Origin: Bacteroidia bacterium
GTDB taxonomy: Bacteria > Bacteroidota > Bacteroidia > 2-12-FULL-35-15
Length of the DNA: 64,000 nucleotides
Direction: 5' to 3'
Assembly (NCBI GenBank): GCA_036170475.1
Contig: JAVHPE010000095.1
Location: forward strand, 36,906 to 100,905
Translations under genes and position numbers: made by a program
Part shown: positions 47,707 through 57,405 of the stretch, in pieces
Layout of the letters: each line of letters begins with the position of its first letter
How positions within the stretch are numbered: the stretch's first letter is position 1
The notes under the pieces: generated by a model
Seen by the model: the letters and a program-made list of their open reading frames with translations, nothing else
What the model was told of the DNA's origin: nothing
Database searches by the model: none

Positions 47707-49779
47707 ATGGCCGAATTAGTTCCGATACCGTTTGACCGACTTTTAAAGAGAATTTTCTACGAATATAAAAAGACCGACTCCATCTTTGATTTGTCCTCAA
47801 AAAAGATGTACCAACCGGGAAATGAATTTGATTTATCGGTAAATTTTCTTGGTAAAAATGCTGCAAACCCCGTTGGCCCGGCAGCTGGACCTCATACACA
47901 ACTCGCTCAGAATATTATCCTCGCCTGGCTTGCCGGATCAAGAATACTGGAACTCAAAACCGTTCAGCTCAACGACAGGCTTGAAATTGCAAGACCTTGT
48001 ATAGATATGGCTACCATCGGTTTCAATACCGAATGGTCACAGGAACTTTTACTGGATGAGTCTTTGCATGAATACGTGAAAGCTTCGATGATTATTGAAA
48101 TTCTGAAGCATTGGATGTTTCTTTCCGACAAAACTAAATCGTATACTGCCAAACAATTTGATACTATTTTAGATCTCAGCGTAGGCTATGACCTTGCCGG
48201 GATACAATCAGATAAGATGCGCAACTGGCTGCATTCTATGCGGAATGCAAGTTCTATTATTGAAGAATACAGGAAACAAATTCCATCCGAATTTACAGCT
48301 TACAAAGACCTGTATTTCAATCCTGAAATCAGCGAAACAATAACGCTTTCCACCTTTCATGGAACAAAGCCGGAAGAAATTGAAAGCATCTGCGAATTTC
48401 TTATTTCCGAAATGGATTTTAACGTGGTTGTCAAGATGAATCCTACCATGCTTGGTAAGGAAAAACTCGAGTACCTGTTGCATGAAAAGCTTGGATATAC
48501 ATATATTGAAGTCAATGAAAACGCCTATAAAGCAAACATTGCCTACAATGATGCTGTTGAAATGATAAAAAGATTGCAAGTTAAAGCGGCTAAGTCAGGA
48601 AAAAAATTGGGTGTTAAATTTGGGAACACACTTGAAGTAGTTAATAAAGGTGGTTTTCTGAAAAGCAATTTACAATATTTATCTGGTCAGCCTCTACACA
48701 TCCTACATCTGGCCTTGGTAAATGAATGGAGAAAAACCTTTGGCGCGAATTTCCCGGTCTCTTTTTCAGCAGGCGTTGATGCAAATAATTTTGCTGATTG
48801 TGTATCCATCGGACTTTTGCCGGTTACCACCTGTACCGACCTTTTAAGACCAAAAGGGTATGGACGACTACCGCAATATCTTCAGAATTTAGAAATGAAG
48901 ATGAAAACAAGCGGTTCAAAAAACATTAGAGAATTTATTATTAAATCAGCTAATAATCCCCCCTGCCCCCCTTTTCAAGGGGGATTAACTCAGGATGGAA
49001 GCGCAACTGATGCAATCCCCCTTGAAAAAGCTTGTCCTGAGCCTGTCGAAGGAGGGGGCAGGGGGGATTATTTTGAAAAAGCGGTCATTGCCAATACTTC
49101 TAAACTTCTGAAAAGGAGCATCGAGAATCCTCGCTATCAATCTATCAATAACAGCAAAGCTCCAAGGAAAGTAGGAAGTCACCTGCATCTTTGGGATTGC
49201 CTTAACTGCGATAAATGTATTCCTGTTTGCCCAAATAATGCTAATTTCTTTTTTGATATAGAAGCTGTTGAACTTGACTATTCAAACATTGAAGTGAATG
49301 AGACGGGATGGAAAAAAACAGATGGAGGACATTTTAAAATTGAGAAAAAAAATCAGATTGCAAACTTTGCAGATGCCTGCAACGAGTGCGGCAACTGCGA
49401 TGTATTCTGTCCGGAAGACGGGGGACCTTATATCGAGAAACCGAAATTTTTCGGATCGTTGGAGGCATTCAAACTTAATAAAAATCAAAGCGGATTTTAT
49501 CTTGACTTCAAGCAAAATAAATCTTCATTGACAGGCCGGTTCAAGGACAAGGAATTTGAATTGACTGGGGATTCTATTTTGAACAGGAATGTTTTCAGTT
49601 CAAACACAGCAGCCATTGAAACAAACGCAAGTACACATGAAATATTAAAAGCTTCATTGATCAATTCAAAAACAGGAATGATTGACATGCAATACTACCA
49701 TGCCATGTCAGTCTTGCTGAAAGGAATGTTAAACACAAGCCGTGTACATTTCGTAAACATTGAAGCACACCAATCATAA
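47707..49779 (+). CDS. YgfK-like Fe-S oxidoreductase subunit (putative selenate reductase YgfK family N-terminal region with 2x[4Fe-4S] ferredoxin motifs; lacks the GltD-like flavoprotein domain)
   Basis: 690 aa. The N-terminus is recalled (not aligned) as YgfK-like (..PIPFDRLLKRIFYEY..). Ferredoxin motifs CLNCDKCIPVCP and CNECGNCDVFCP. Carries an in-frame GC-rich palindromic insert at 48951-49074. Confidence 0.55.
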   Translation: MAELVPIPFDRLLKRIFYEYKKTDSIFDLSSKKMYQPGNEFDLSVNFLGKNAANPVGPAAGPHTQLAQNIILAWLAGSRILELKTVQLNDRLEIARPCIDMATIGFNTEWSQELLLDESLHEYVKASMIIEILKHWMFLSDKTKSYTAKQFDTILDLSVGYDLAGIQSDKMRNWLHSMRNASSIIEEYRKQIPSEFTAYKDLYFNPEISETITLSTFHGTKPEEIESICEFLISEMDFNVVVKMNPTMLGKEKLEYLLHEKLGYTYIEVNENAYKANIAYNDAVEMIKRLQVKAAKSGKKLGVKFGNTLEVVNKGGFLKSNLQYLSGQPLHILHLALVNEWRKTFGANFPVSFSAGVDANNFADCVSIGLLPVTTCTDLLRPKGYGRLPQYLQNLEMKMKTSGSKNIREFIIKSANNPPCPPFQGGLTQDGSATDAIPLEKACPEPVEGGGRGDYFEKAVIANTSKLLKRSIENPRYQSINNSKAPRKVGSHLHLWDCLNCDKCIPVCPNNANFFFDIEAVELDYSNIEVNETGWKKTDGGHFKIEKKNQIANFADACNECGNCDVFCPEDGGPYIEKPKFFGSLEAFKLNKNQSGFYLDFKQNKSSLTGRFKDKEFELTGDSILNRNVFSSNTAAIETNASTHEILKASLINSKTGMIDMQYYHAMSVLLKGMLNTSRVHFVNIEAHQS
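48951..49074. repeat. GC-rich nested palindromic element inserted in-frame in the ygfK-like CDS
   Basis: Outer IR aataatcccccctgccccc / gggggcaggggggattatt. Inner IR tttcaagggggatt / aatcccccttgaaa. Confidence 0.75.
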
Positions 49780-49792
49780 CCCATTCCAGCAG

Positions 49793-52405
49793 ATGAGCCA
49801 AACAGAAACCGGACAAAAAGTAAAACTTGATTTTAATCTTAACGGAGAAGCCTTTTCGGGCTTTGTTGACAATGATACATCACTCATGACTGTCCTTCGC
49901 GAGCAGGCAGGACTTACATCTCCTAAAAATGGTTGCGCTCCTCAAGGTTCATGCGGCTGTTGCACTGTCATTGTGGATGGAAAAGCTGTTTCATCCTGCG
50001 TTGTTCCTGCAAAAAGCGCTAATGAAAAAAATGTCCTCACGCTGGAAGGCTTTACTGAAAAAGAAAGGGACGTCTTCGCAAAATCATTTACATTGGCTGG
50101 AGGTCTTCAGTGCGGATTTTGTATTCCCGGAATAGTTGTTCGCACAAAGCATCTTATTAATAAAAATCCGATTCCTAACAGAGAAGAAATTGCCAATGCG
50201 CTAAATAACCATATTTGTCGCTGCACCGGTTTTGTGAAAATTATTGATGCCATTGAATTAGCTGCTCAGGCTTTCAATGGTAAACAAATCCCTGAAGCTG
50301 ATTATTCTGGCAAGATAGGCACAAGCCTGCCGAAAATGGATGGTAAAAAATTTGTCTTGGGCGAGCGTCCTTTTATTGACGATATCACACTCCCTGAAAT
50401 GCAGTATGCAGCTTTTTTATTTTCTCCGCATCCACGTATCAAAGTCAACAAAATCAATACATCTGATGCTGAAAAAATGGTCGGTGTCACGAAGGTAGTC
50501 ACTGCAAAAGATGTTCCGGGACAAATCAATCAGGGCACTATTTATCAGGACTGGCCTACATTTATTGCCGAAGGACAGATTACACACTGCATAAGTGATA
50601 TACTTGCTGGGGTTGTTGCGTCTGATGTTAAGACGGCTCGTAATGCACTTGAAAAAATTATCCTTGATTATGAAATTCTTCCGGGTGTTTTTGATGCGGA
50701 AGAAGCGTTGAAACCGGGTGCTGTTCAGGTTCATGACCATCATGTGAATTTACTCGCAAATTCAATTATCAAAAGAGGGAATGTAGAGGAACAACTTAAA
50801 AATTCAAAATTTGTTGAAACCAGAACCTTTGAAACACAGGTAATTGAACATGCTTTTTTAGAAACTGAAAGTGCGATTGCAAGTAGTAAAGATGGAATTA
50901 TTGAAGTATTAAGCCAGGGACAGGGAATATTTGATGACAGAAAACAAATTGCATCCCTCCTCAATATTAGTGAAGATAAAATCAAAGTTACACTCATCAC
51001 CAACGGCGGTGCTTTTGGAGGTAAAGAAGATTTAAGCGTTCAGGGGCATGTTGCTTTAATGACATTCCTTACCGGGAAGCCAGTGAAGGCTACCTTAAAT
51101 AGGGAAGAAAGTATCCGAATGCATCCAAAGCGTCATGCTATTAAGATGACCTACACTGTTGGCTGCGATGAAAACGGAAAATTAACGGCTGTTAAAGCAC
51201 GGATGATTGGTGATAAAGGTGCTTATGCATCTGTAGGAACAAAAGTGATAGAGCGCGCTGCAGGCCATGCCTGCGGACCTTATAACATACTTCATTCCGA
51301 TGTGGAGGCACTTGCTGTTTATACCAATAACCTCCCTTGTGGCGCCATGCGCGGATTCGGAGCCAATCAGGCGGCCTTCGCAATGGAAGGCATGATGGAT
51401 ATTCTAGCAGAGAAAGTCGGTATTGATGGATGGGAAATGAGATGGAGAAATGCTGTTGACAAAGGTGATACTTTTGTTACAGGTCAGGTTTTTGATAAAG
51501 CGGTAGGCATTAAGAAAACGTTGCTTGCAGTAAAGGACATATATTACTCATCTAAAAATGTTGGGATTGCCTGCGGAATTAAAAATGTGGGTATCGGTAA
51601 TGGTGTGATTGAAAAAGGTCAGGCGATGGTTACCGTTAATCCGGATGAGACCATTACTATCAATACCGGATTTACTGAAATGGGGCAAGGTTTCTGCACC
51701 ATTATGACTCAGTTCTTTTGTGATGTTACAGGTATAGATGCCAGAATTGTAAGGGTAAACATTGATACCACAGAACCAACTCCTTGTGGAATGACCACCG
51801 CATCAAGGGCTACAGTCCTTGGAGGAAGAGCCATGATTAAAGCGGCTCAGGAAATGAAGAAAGATTTGGATAAAGGATTGAACTTAAAAGAACTTAAGGG
51901 TAAAAAATATTTCGGTGAAGTTGTAATTGATTATACAACCTCATTGGAAGCCAAGGCAGAAAAGCCGATCACACACATGTCATTCAGTTTTGCAACCCAG
52001 TTATGTATTTTGGATGATAAGGGAAAATTAAAAAAATATGTTGCTGCACATGATGTAGGCAGGATCATCAACCGAAAAATGATTGAAGGTCAGTTGGAAG
52101 GCGCTATACACATGGGATTAGGCTATGCGCTTACAGAAGAATTAAAATTAAAAGATGGCGTACCTGAATCTTTCAAATTCCGGTCACTTGGTATGTTACG
52201 TGCCAAGGATATGCCGGAAACACAAATACTATTAATTGAAGAAAATGAACCTGAAGGTCCGTTTGGAGCAAAAGGTATTGGCGAAGTCGGGCTTGTTCCA
52301 ACAGCAGGAGCGGTAGCAGGTGCTTTATATAAATTCGATGGCATCAGAAGATATAAGTTGCCGATGAAAGATTCTCCTGCGGCAAGGGCGATCAGTTCAA
52401 AATAA
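49793..52405 (+). CDS. Molybdenum hydroxylase, XdhD/aldehyde oxidoreductase (Mop)-like: two [2Fe-2S] domains fused to a molybdopterin-binding domain, no FAD domain
   Basis: Plant-type [2Fe-2S] CGCCTV, then CGFCIPG and CRCTG, then an ~700 aa Moco-binding domain. The ORF is open from 49760, overlapping the upstream gene. The likely start is MSQTETGQ at 49793. Confidence 0.8.
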   Translation: MSQTETGQKVKLDFNLNGEAFSGFVDNDTSLMTVLREQAGLTSPKNGCAPQGSCGCCTVIVDGKAVSSCVVPAKSANEKNVLTLEGFTEKERDVFAKSFTLAGGLQCGFCIPGIVVRTKHLINKNPIPNREEIANALNNHICRCTGFVKIIDAIELAAQAFNGKQIPEADYSGKIGTSLPKMDGKKFVLGERPFIDDITLPEMQYAAFLFSPHPRIKVNKINTSDAEKMVGVTKVVTAKDVPGQINQGTIYQDWPTFIAEGQITHCISDILAGVVASDVKTARNALEKIILDYEILPGVFDAEEALKPGAVQVHDHHVNLLANSIIKRGNVEEQLKNSKFVETRTFETQVIEHAFLETESAIASSKDGIIEVLSQGQGIFDDRKQIASLLNISEDKIKVTLITNGGAFGGKEDLSVQGHVALMTFLTGKPVKATLNREESIRMHPKRHAIKMTYTVGCDENGKLTAVKARMIGDKGAYASVGTKVIERAAGHACGPYNILHSDVEALAVYTNNLPCGAMRGFGANQAAFAMEGMMDILAEKVGIDGWEMRWRNAVDKGDTFVTGQVFDKAVGIKKTLLAVKDIYYSSKNVGIACGIKNVGIGNGVIEKGQAMVTVNPDETITINTGFTEMGQGFCTIMTQFFCDVTGIDARIVRVNIDTTEPTPCGMTTASRATVLGGRAMIKAAQEMKKDLDKGLNLKELKGKKYFGEVVIDYTTSLEAKAEKPITHMSFSFATQLCILDDKGKLKKYVAAHDVGRIINRKMIEGQLEGAIHMGLGYALTEELKLKDGVPESFKFRSLGMLRAKDMPETQILLIEENEPEGPFGAKGIGEVGLVPTAGAVAGALYKFDGIRRYKLPMKDSPAARAISSK

Positions 52406-52594
52406 GGTATTGTTAATTTAATGGAGTAATACTTAATTTGAAACATATTAAACCTTAGTGTCTTTGAGTCTTTGTGGCTAAAAAATATTGCCACTAAGGC
52501 ACAAAGACACTAAGAAACACAAAGAATACAATAAATAAACAATGGACCTTAATATATCTGACAAATAAAAATAAACCATCAAATAAAAATAAAC

Positions 52595-53794
52595 ATGAGC
52601 ACACTCACACAATCAAAGGCAGAACTGCTGCTAAATTCTCTTGGTAACCTAAAAACAGACATGGTTAACCGTGATTTCCTTTTAACCTGGGAGCGCAAAG
52701 ATGATGAAATAAAAGCTGTACTTGACGTAGCTCAATTAATGAGCGACTTGCATAAGTCAGGCACTTCAATTAAATCTTTTGACACAGGTTTGGCGATTTC
52801 ACTTTTCCGTGATAATTCCACCCGTACACGTTTTAGTTTTGCTTCTGCCGCAAATGCACTGGGATTAGGACTTTCCGAGTTAGATGAAGAAAAATCACAA
52901 ATTGCACATGGCGAAACGGTTCGCGAAACAGCCAATATGATTTCATTCCTTGCAGAAACTATCGGTATCCGTGATGATATGTTTTTGGGTGAAGGCAATA
53001 AATACATGAAGGAATTTGGTAATTCTTTGCAGGAAGGTTATGAAAATGGCATTCTTCATCAACGACCTACTATCGTTAATCTTCAATGTGATATTGACCA
53101 TCCTACACAAGCGCTTTCTGATTTAATGCAATTGAAAAATACGTTCGGATCAGTTGAAAACCTACGTGGGAAAAAGATTGCAATGACATGGGCATATTCA
53201 CCAAGTTATGGTAAACCGCTTTCTGTACCTCAGTCAATTATCGGATTGATGTCACGCTTTGGAATGAATGTTTCACTTGCATATCCCGAAGGTTATGGCT
53301 TGATCCCTGATGTTATTGAACAAGCCAAAAAACAATCGGTACAAAGTGGCGGCAAATTTGAAATTGTAAACAATATGGAAGATGCTTTCAAAGATGCCGA
53401 TATAGTATATCCTAAATCTTGGGCTCCATTTAATGTTATGAAGCGCAGAACGGTATTATTAAACAACAATGATAAACAGGGTCTAAAAGATCTTGAAAAA
53501 GAATGTCTGGCTAATAATGCAAAATTCAAAAACTGGGAGTGTGATGAAAGCAAAATGAAAACGACTAAAAATGGTAAAGCGTTGTATATGCACTGCCTGC
53601 CTGCCGACATTACAGGTGTAAGTTGTGAGCAAGGTGAGGTATCTAAAGATGTATTTGAAAAATACCGTCTTTCCACTTATTCTGAAGCTGGTTACAAACC
53701 ATTTGTTATTGCTGCTATCATATATCTTTCACGTATTCAGAACCCGGTTGAAAAACTCAGGAGTATCGTTGAAAATAATAAAAGAAGGAGTTAA
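52595..53794 (+). CDS. Knotted carbamoyltransferase, YgeW-like (ATCase/OTCase family)
   Basis: 399 aa. Carbamoyl-phosphate binding STRTR motif plus HCLP. Length and N-terminal extension resemble YgeW rather than ArgF/PyrB. Confidence 0.75.
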   Translation: MSTLTQSKAELLLNSLGNLKTDMVNRDFLLTWERKDDEIKAVLDVAQLMSDLHKSGTSIKSFDTGLAISLFRDNSTRTRFSFASAANALGLGLSELDEEKSQIAHGETVRETANMISFLAETIGIRDDMFLGEGNKYMKEFGNSLQEGYENGILHQRPTIVNLQCDIDHPTQALSDLMQLKNTFGSVENLRGKKIAMTWAYSPSYGKPLSVPQSIIGLMSRFGMNVSLAYPEGYGLIPDVIEQAKKQSVQSGGKFEIVNNMEDAFKDADIVYPKSWAPFNVMKRRTVLLNNNDKQGLKDLEKECLANNAKFKNWECDESKMKTTKNGKALYMHCLPADITGVSCEQGEVSKDVFEKYRLSTYSEAGYKPFVIAAIIYLSRIQNPVEKLRSIVENNKRRS

Positions 53795-53930
53795 CAAAGG
53801 AAGTTGAATTGCCTGAACTCTTTATGTTTTAATCTAAACTGTAGATTTACCTTTTCCGAAGTTTCAAACGTTGGAAAAAATTTACTTTAAAATAAAATAC
53901 ATTGGTTTGTTTTTGAATTTGGTATAAAAC

Positions 53931-53968
53931 AAAAAAATCCCACAATTTAAAAATTGTGGGATTTTTTT
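53931..53968. terminator. Bidirectional intrinsic terminator between the ygeW-like gene and the convergent 156-aa gene
   Basis: aaaaaaatcccacaatttaaaaattgtgggattttttt, a perfect 13-bp stem flanked by A and T runs. Confidence 0.8.
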
Positions 53969-53980
53969 AGAATAAATAAA

Positions 53981-54451
53981 CTATAAATTTCTGATCGGGT
54001 TATTGCTTTTTGGTATTTGCATTCCAACTAAAACAGCTACACATCCCCCCTTAGAAGTAGTATCTACAGGTTTTAATTCAATCACTAAGTCCTGAGATGA
54101 ATTAGAGTAAAAATTCCAAAAATCCACACTTTCACCACCGGTAGCACTATTATAAACTTCTGTATTGCTTTCATCAAGTACTCTGAAATTAACTTTCCCG
54201 ACGGATTTTTCAGAACAGATTTGTAATTTATAATACAAGCCTTTATAAAAGCTTAAATGAATTTCTGTTGGTTTCCCATCTTTAATAGTAACATTATTTA
54301 TTTGCCCATTATGGGTATAGGGTAGCAATTTTTGAATTCCTACTTTAACGATGGATCTACATTGAGCAACTCCTAAAGTATTAATTGCAAAAAATAAAAT
54401 AAATATTGCAATTACTGTTCTTATTTTTTTTAGTGATAATTTCATAACCAT
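53981..54451 (-). CDS. Secreted hypothetical protein
   Basis: 156 aa with a signal peptide. Lies 8 nt downstream of the 292-aa lipoprotein gene. Confidence 0.5.
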   Translation of the reverse strand: MVMKLSLKKIRTVIAIFILFFAINTLGVAQCRSIVKVGIQKLLPYTHNGQINNVTIKDGKPTEIHLSFYKGLYYKLQICSEKSVGKVNFRVLDESNTEVYNSATGGESVDFWNFYSNSSQDLVIELKPVDTTSKGGCVAVLVGMQIPKSNNPIRNL

Positions 54452-54459
54452 ATATATAA

Positions 54460-55338
54460 TTAGCTTGTTAATTTATTTCTTAATGTTTCAACTTTTTCAA
54501 GAATTGCTTTTAATTGTTCCTTAGTAACTTCATACGATTTGTTATTGCCCACGCTTGTTACATTTTTATCAGTTGAGGCTACAGCATCATCATGAGCAGG
54601 TTTTAAGGTATCGAAAATTGCCGAAATATCTTTTATATCCACAAGAATACCGGAAATCTCCGGGTCAGAACTAAACTTTTCAAGCATCTTGATTAAGTTT
54701 TTTACTACTTTTTTTTGACTTGCCACTAAGCCAAAAATTTCAGACTTCTGGGTTTTATTCGCCATATTAGTGATAAAATGCATTCCTTCAACCCATCCTC
54801 CGGCTGTAATCAAAATCGAAGTATTATTTCGTTGATTTTCTTTTAAATACATATAGGCGTCAACGCTTGCTTCAGCAACAATTTGCATAATTGAATCTGA
54901 ATTATTGGCGTTTGCTTTTAATCGCTGTGTCATTCTTTGCGCAAAGTCTCCTTCAATACCCAGAGAAGCAGTAAGTTCATTTACATCTTTTAAATAAAAA
55001 TTTATATCTTGATTCTCCTTGTACAATAAACAAAAAGATAAATCAGATGAATAAGTTCCCAAATTGACTGCTTTTGAAAAACTGGAAATATATTTTGAAA
55101 TGTTTTTTGGGGAATTAAGCAACGATTTATCAAAAGCCGCACCTGACATTTTAAGAATGGTAAAAGTTTCTATAGGTGAAGGAATATTATATAACTTACT
55201 ATTCAGCTCAGTATCTAAAACAGTGCTTACTTTAACATAATTCACAGGTATTTCAGTTGGAGTTTTGTCCGGTTCACCACAACTTATTAAAGAAATACAA
55301 GCGGTAAGTAATGAAATTGTTAATATCGGTTTCGTCAT
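54460..55338 (-). CDS. Hypothetical lipoprotein
   Basis: 292 aa. Lipobox LISCG. No motif recognised. Confidence 0.5.
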   Translation of the reverse strand: MTKPILTISLLTACISLISCGEPDKTPTEIPVNYVKVSTVLDTELNSKLYNIPSPIETFTILKMSGAAFDKSLLNSPKNISKYISSFSKAVNLGTYSSDLSFCLLYKENQDINFYLKDVNELTASLGIEGDFAQRMTQRLKANANNSDSIMQIVAEASVDAYMYLKENQRNNTSILITAGGWVEGMHFITNMANKTQKSEIFGLVASQKKVVKNLIKMLEKFSSDPEISGILVDIKDISAIFDTLKPAHDDAVASTDKNVTSVGNNKSYEVTKEQLKAILEKVETLRNKLTS

Positions 55339-55496
55339 TTTTAAAGATGTTTATTAAAAAATATAACCTTTTTTGTTTTCAACAAAATTAATAATATTAT
55401 TAGAATAGTCAAGTATTTTCTTCTTTATTAATTTTTATCAGAAAATTTAATAAAACACATTATTTTTCGTTTTGCGTAATTACTTATCTTTATACA

Positions 55497-57272
55497 ATGC
55501 GATTAAAATTTCTTCTGATTTTTGAGTTATTATTTGTTTTTGTGCTCTGTTTTAAAGTTAGCGTATGTGCTCAGTCTGTTGAAGAAAATAGTAGTCAAAA
55601 CAGTAACTATTTATTGGAAATTATCACTGTAAATGATTTACCTCTTCTCAATAAAATTTCCTATATAAAATCCTTTGTAAAAAAAAATGAACGTGAAAAA
55701 GGACTCGGAAACGTATTGTTTGCTTGCTTTGATAAAGCATATTTAACCGCCCATTATGATAGCTTAATTACTGATTCATTAACCCTGAAAGCATATTTGA
55801 CTTTTGGGTTGCAGTATAAATGGGCTTATTTAAAAAGAGGTAATATTGATGAAGGCATATTAAGTGAAATAGGTTATAGAGAAAAACTATTTAACAATCA
55901 GCCGGTATATTATAAAAGTGTAAAACATATTCAGGAAAAAATAATTACTTATTACGAGAACAATGGTTATCCTTTTGCATCTATAAAGCTTGACAGTATA
56001 GTAATTTCAGGAGAAAATATTTCAGCGCAACTTAAACTTACCAAACATTCGGAAGAAAAAATTGACAGTATCATAGTAAAAGGAACAGCAAAAATTTCAG
56101 CTGTTTATTTATATAATTATCTTGGAATAAAACAGGGTAATTTGTATAACGAAGGTCAATTGAAAAAAGTAAATACACGTATTACGGAAATCCCTTTTGT
56201 CCGCTCTTCAAAGCCAGCAACAATACTGTTTACTAATAATTTTAACAAACTTATTTTATATCTCGAGAAAAAAAATGCCAGCCAGTTTAACGGTATCATT
56301 GGGGTTTTGCCGGATAATAAAACAGGGAAAATAACTTTTACCGGAGATGTTAGTTTAAAATTGCAGAATGGCTTAGGCAGAGGAGAATTAATTGATTTGA
56401 ACTGGCGCAGACTGCAAACACAAACACAGGATTTAAAATTGCGTTTGGTATATCCATTTTTATTACGTTCTCCGTTTGGACTTGACTATAATTTAAAACT
56501 TTATAAAAAAGACACAACATTTTTGGATATAAATCAAAACATTGGTTTTCAGTACATTTTTACAGGTGGAAATTATTTCAAAATTTTCTATAATAATAAA
56601 ACATCTACATTGCTTTCTACAAAGGGGCTAGAATATTCAACAACCTTACCGCTTAATGCGGATATTCAAAATAATATGTATGGTATCGGACTAAAATATG
56701 AAAAATTAGATTATCGTTTAAATCCCCGCAAAGGATTTTCATTTTTGGGTAATGCAAGTGCCGGAACAAAAAATATTAAAAAAAATGCAAAATTAAACCC
56801 TATAGTGTATGATGGGTTGAAATTAAATTCAACACAATACAATGCGGATATAGAAGCAAGTGCGTTTATCCCTATTAAGGATAGAAGTACTGTTAAGATG
56901 GGAATACAATCGGCATTTTTGTATGGAGAAACAATTTTTCAAAATGAATTGTTACGAATTGGAGGACTAAAAACAATACGTGGTTTTGATGAAGAATCCA
57001 TTTACGCATCGGCATTTTCAATATTCACGCTGGAATATCGGTATATTCTGGAACAAAATTCTTATTTGTATGTGTTTGGAGATGGCGCATATTATGAAAA
57101 AAATAATGTGAGTACATTTGTACACGATACTCCAATTGGATTTGGCGCCGGCATTAGCTTTGAAACTAAAGCCGGCATTTTTTCAATCAGCTATGCACTT
57201 GGTAAACAATTCGATAATCCTATTCAGCTTAGAAGCGGTAAAATTCACTTTGGTTTTGTTAATTATTTTTGA
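55497..57272 (+). CDS. Omp85/BamA-family outer-membrane beta-barrel protein (hypothetical)
   Basis: 591 aa with a signal peptide. Alternating beta-strand pattern. C-terminus ..GFVNYF. Confidence 0.5.
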   Translation: MRLKFLLIFELLFVFVLCFKVSVCAQSVEENSSQNSNYLLEIITVNDLPLLNKISYIKSFVKKNEREKGLGNVLFACFDKAYLTAHYDSLITDSLTLKAYLTFGLQYKWAYLKRGNIDEGILSEIGYREKLFNNQPVYYKSVKHIQEKIITYYENNGYPFASIKLDSIVISGENISAQLKLTKHSEEKIDSIIVKGTAKISAVYLYNYLGIKQGNLYNEGQLKKVNTRITEIPFVRSSKPATILFTNNFNKLILYLEKKNASQFNGIIGVLPDNKTGKITFTGDVSLKLQNGLGRGELIDLNWRRLQTQTQDLKLRLVYPFLLRSPFGLDYNLKLYKKDTTFLDINQNIGFQYIFTGGNYFKIFYNNKTSTLLSTKGLEYSTTLPLNADIQNNMYGIGLKYEKLDYRLNPRKGFSFLGNASAGTKNIKKNAKLNPIVYDGLKLNSTQYNADIEASAFIPIKDRSTVKMGIQSAFLYGETIFQNELLRIGGLKTIRGFDEESIYASAFSIFTLEYRYILEQNSYLYVFGDGAYYEKNNVSTFVHDTPIGFGAGISFETKAGIFSISYALGKQFDNPIQLRSGKIHFGFVNYF

Positions 57273-57405
57273 TATACCAACTGCACGTAAGTCATATTGA
57301 GCCTGTCGAAATATGTGCGATGGCTTCTTAACATAATGACTTAGAAAATCTTCTCCCATCCAACCAAATAAATTCTTAAATTAGCCATTCGAAAAAAGAA
57401 TAATT

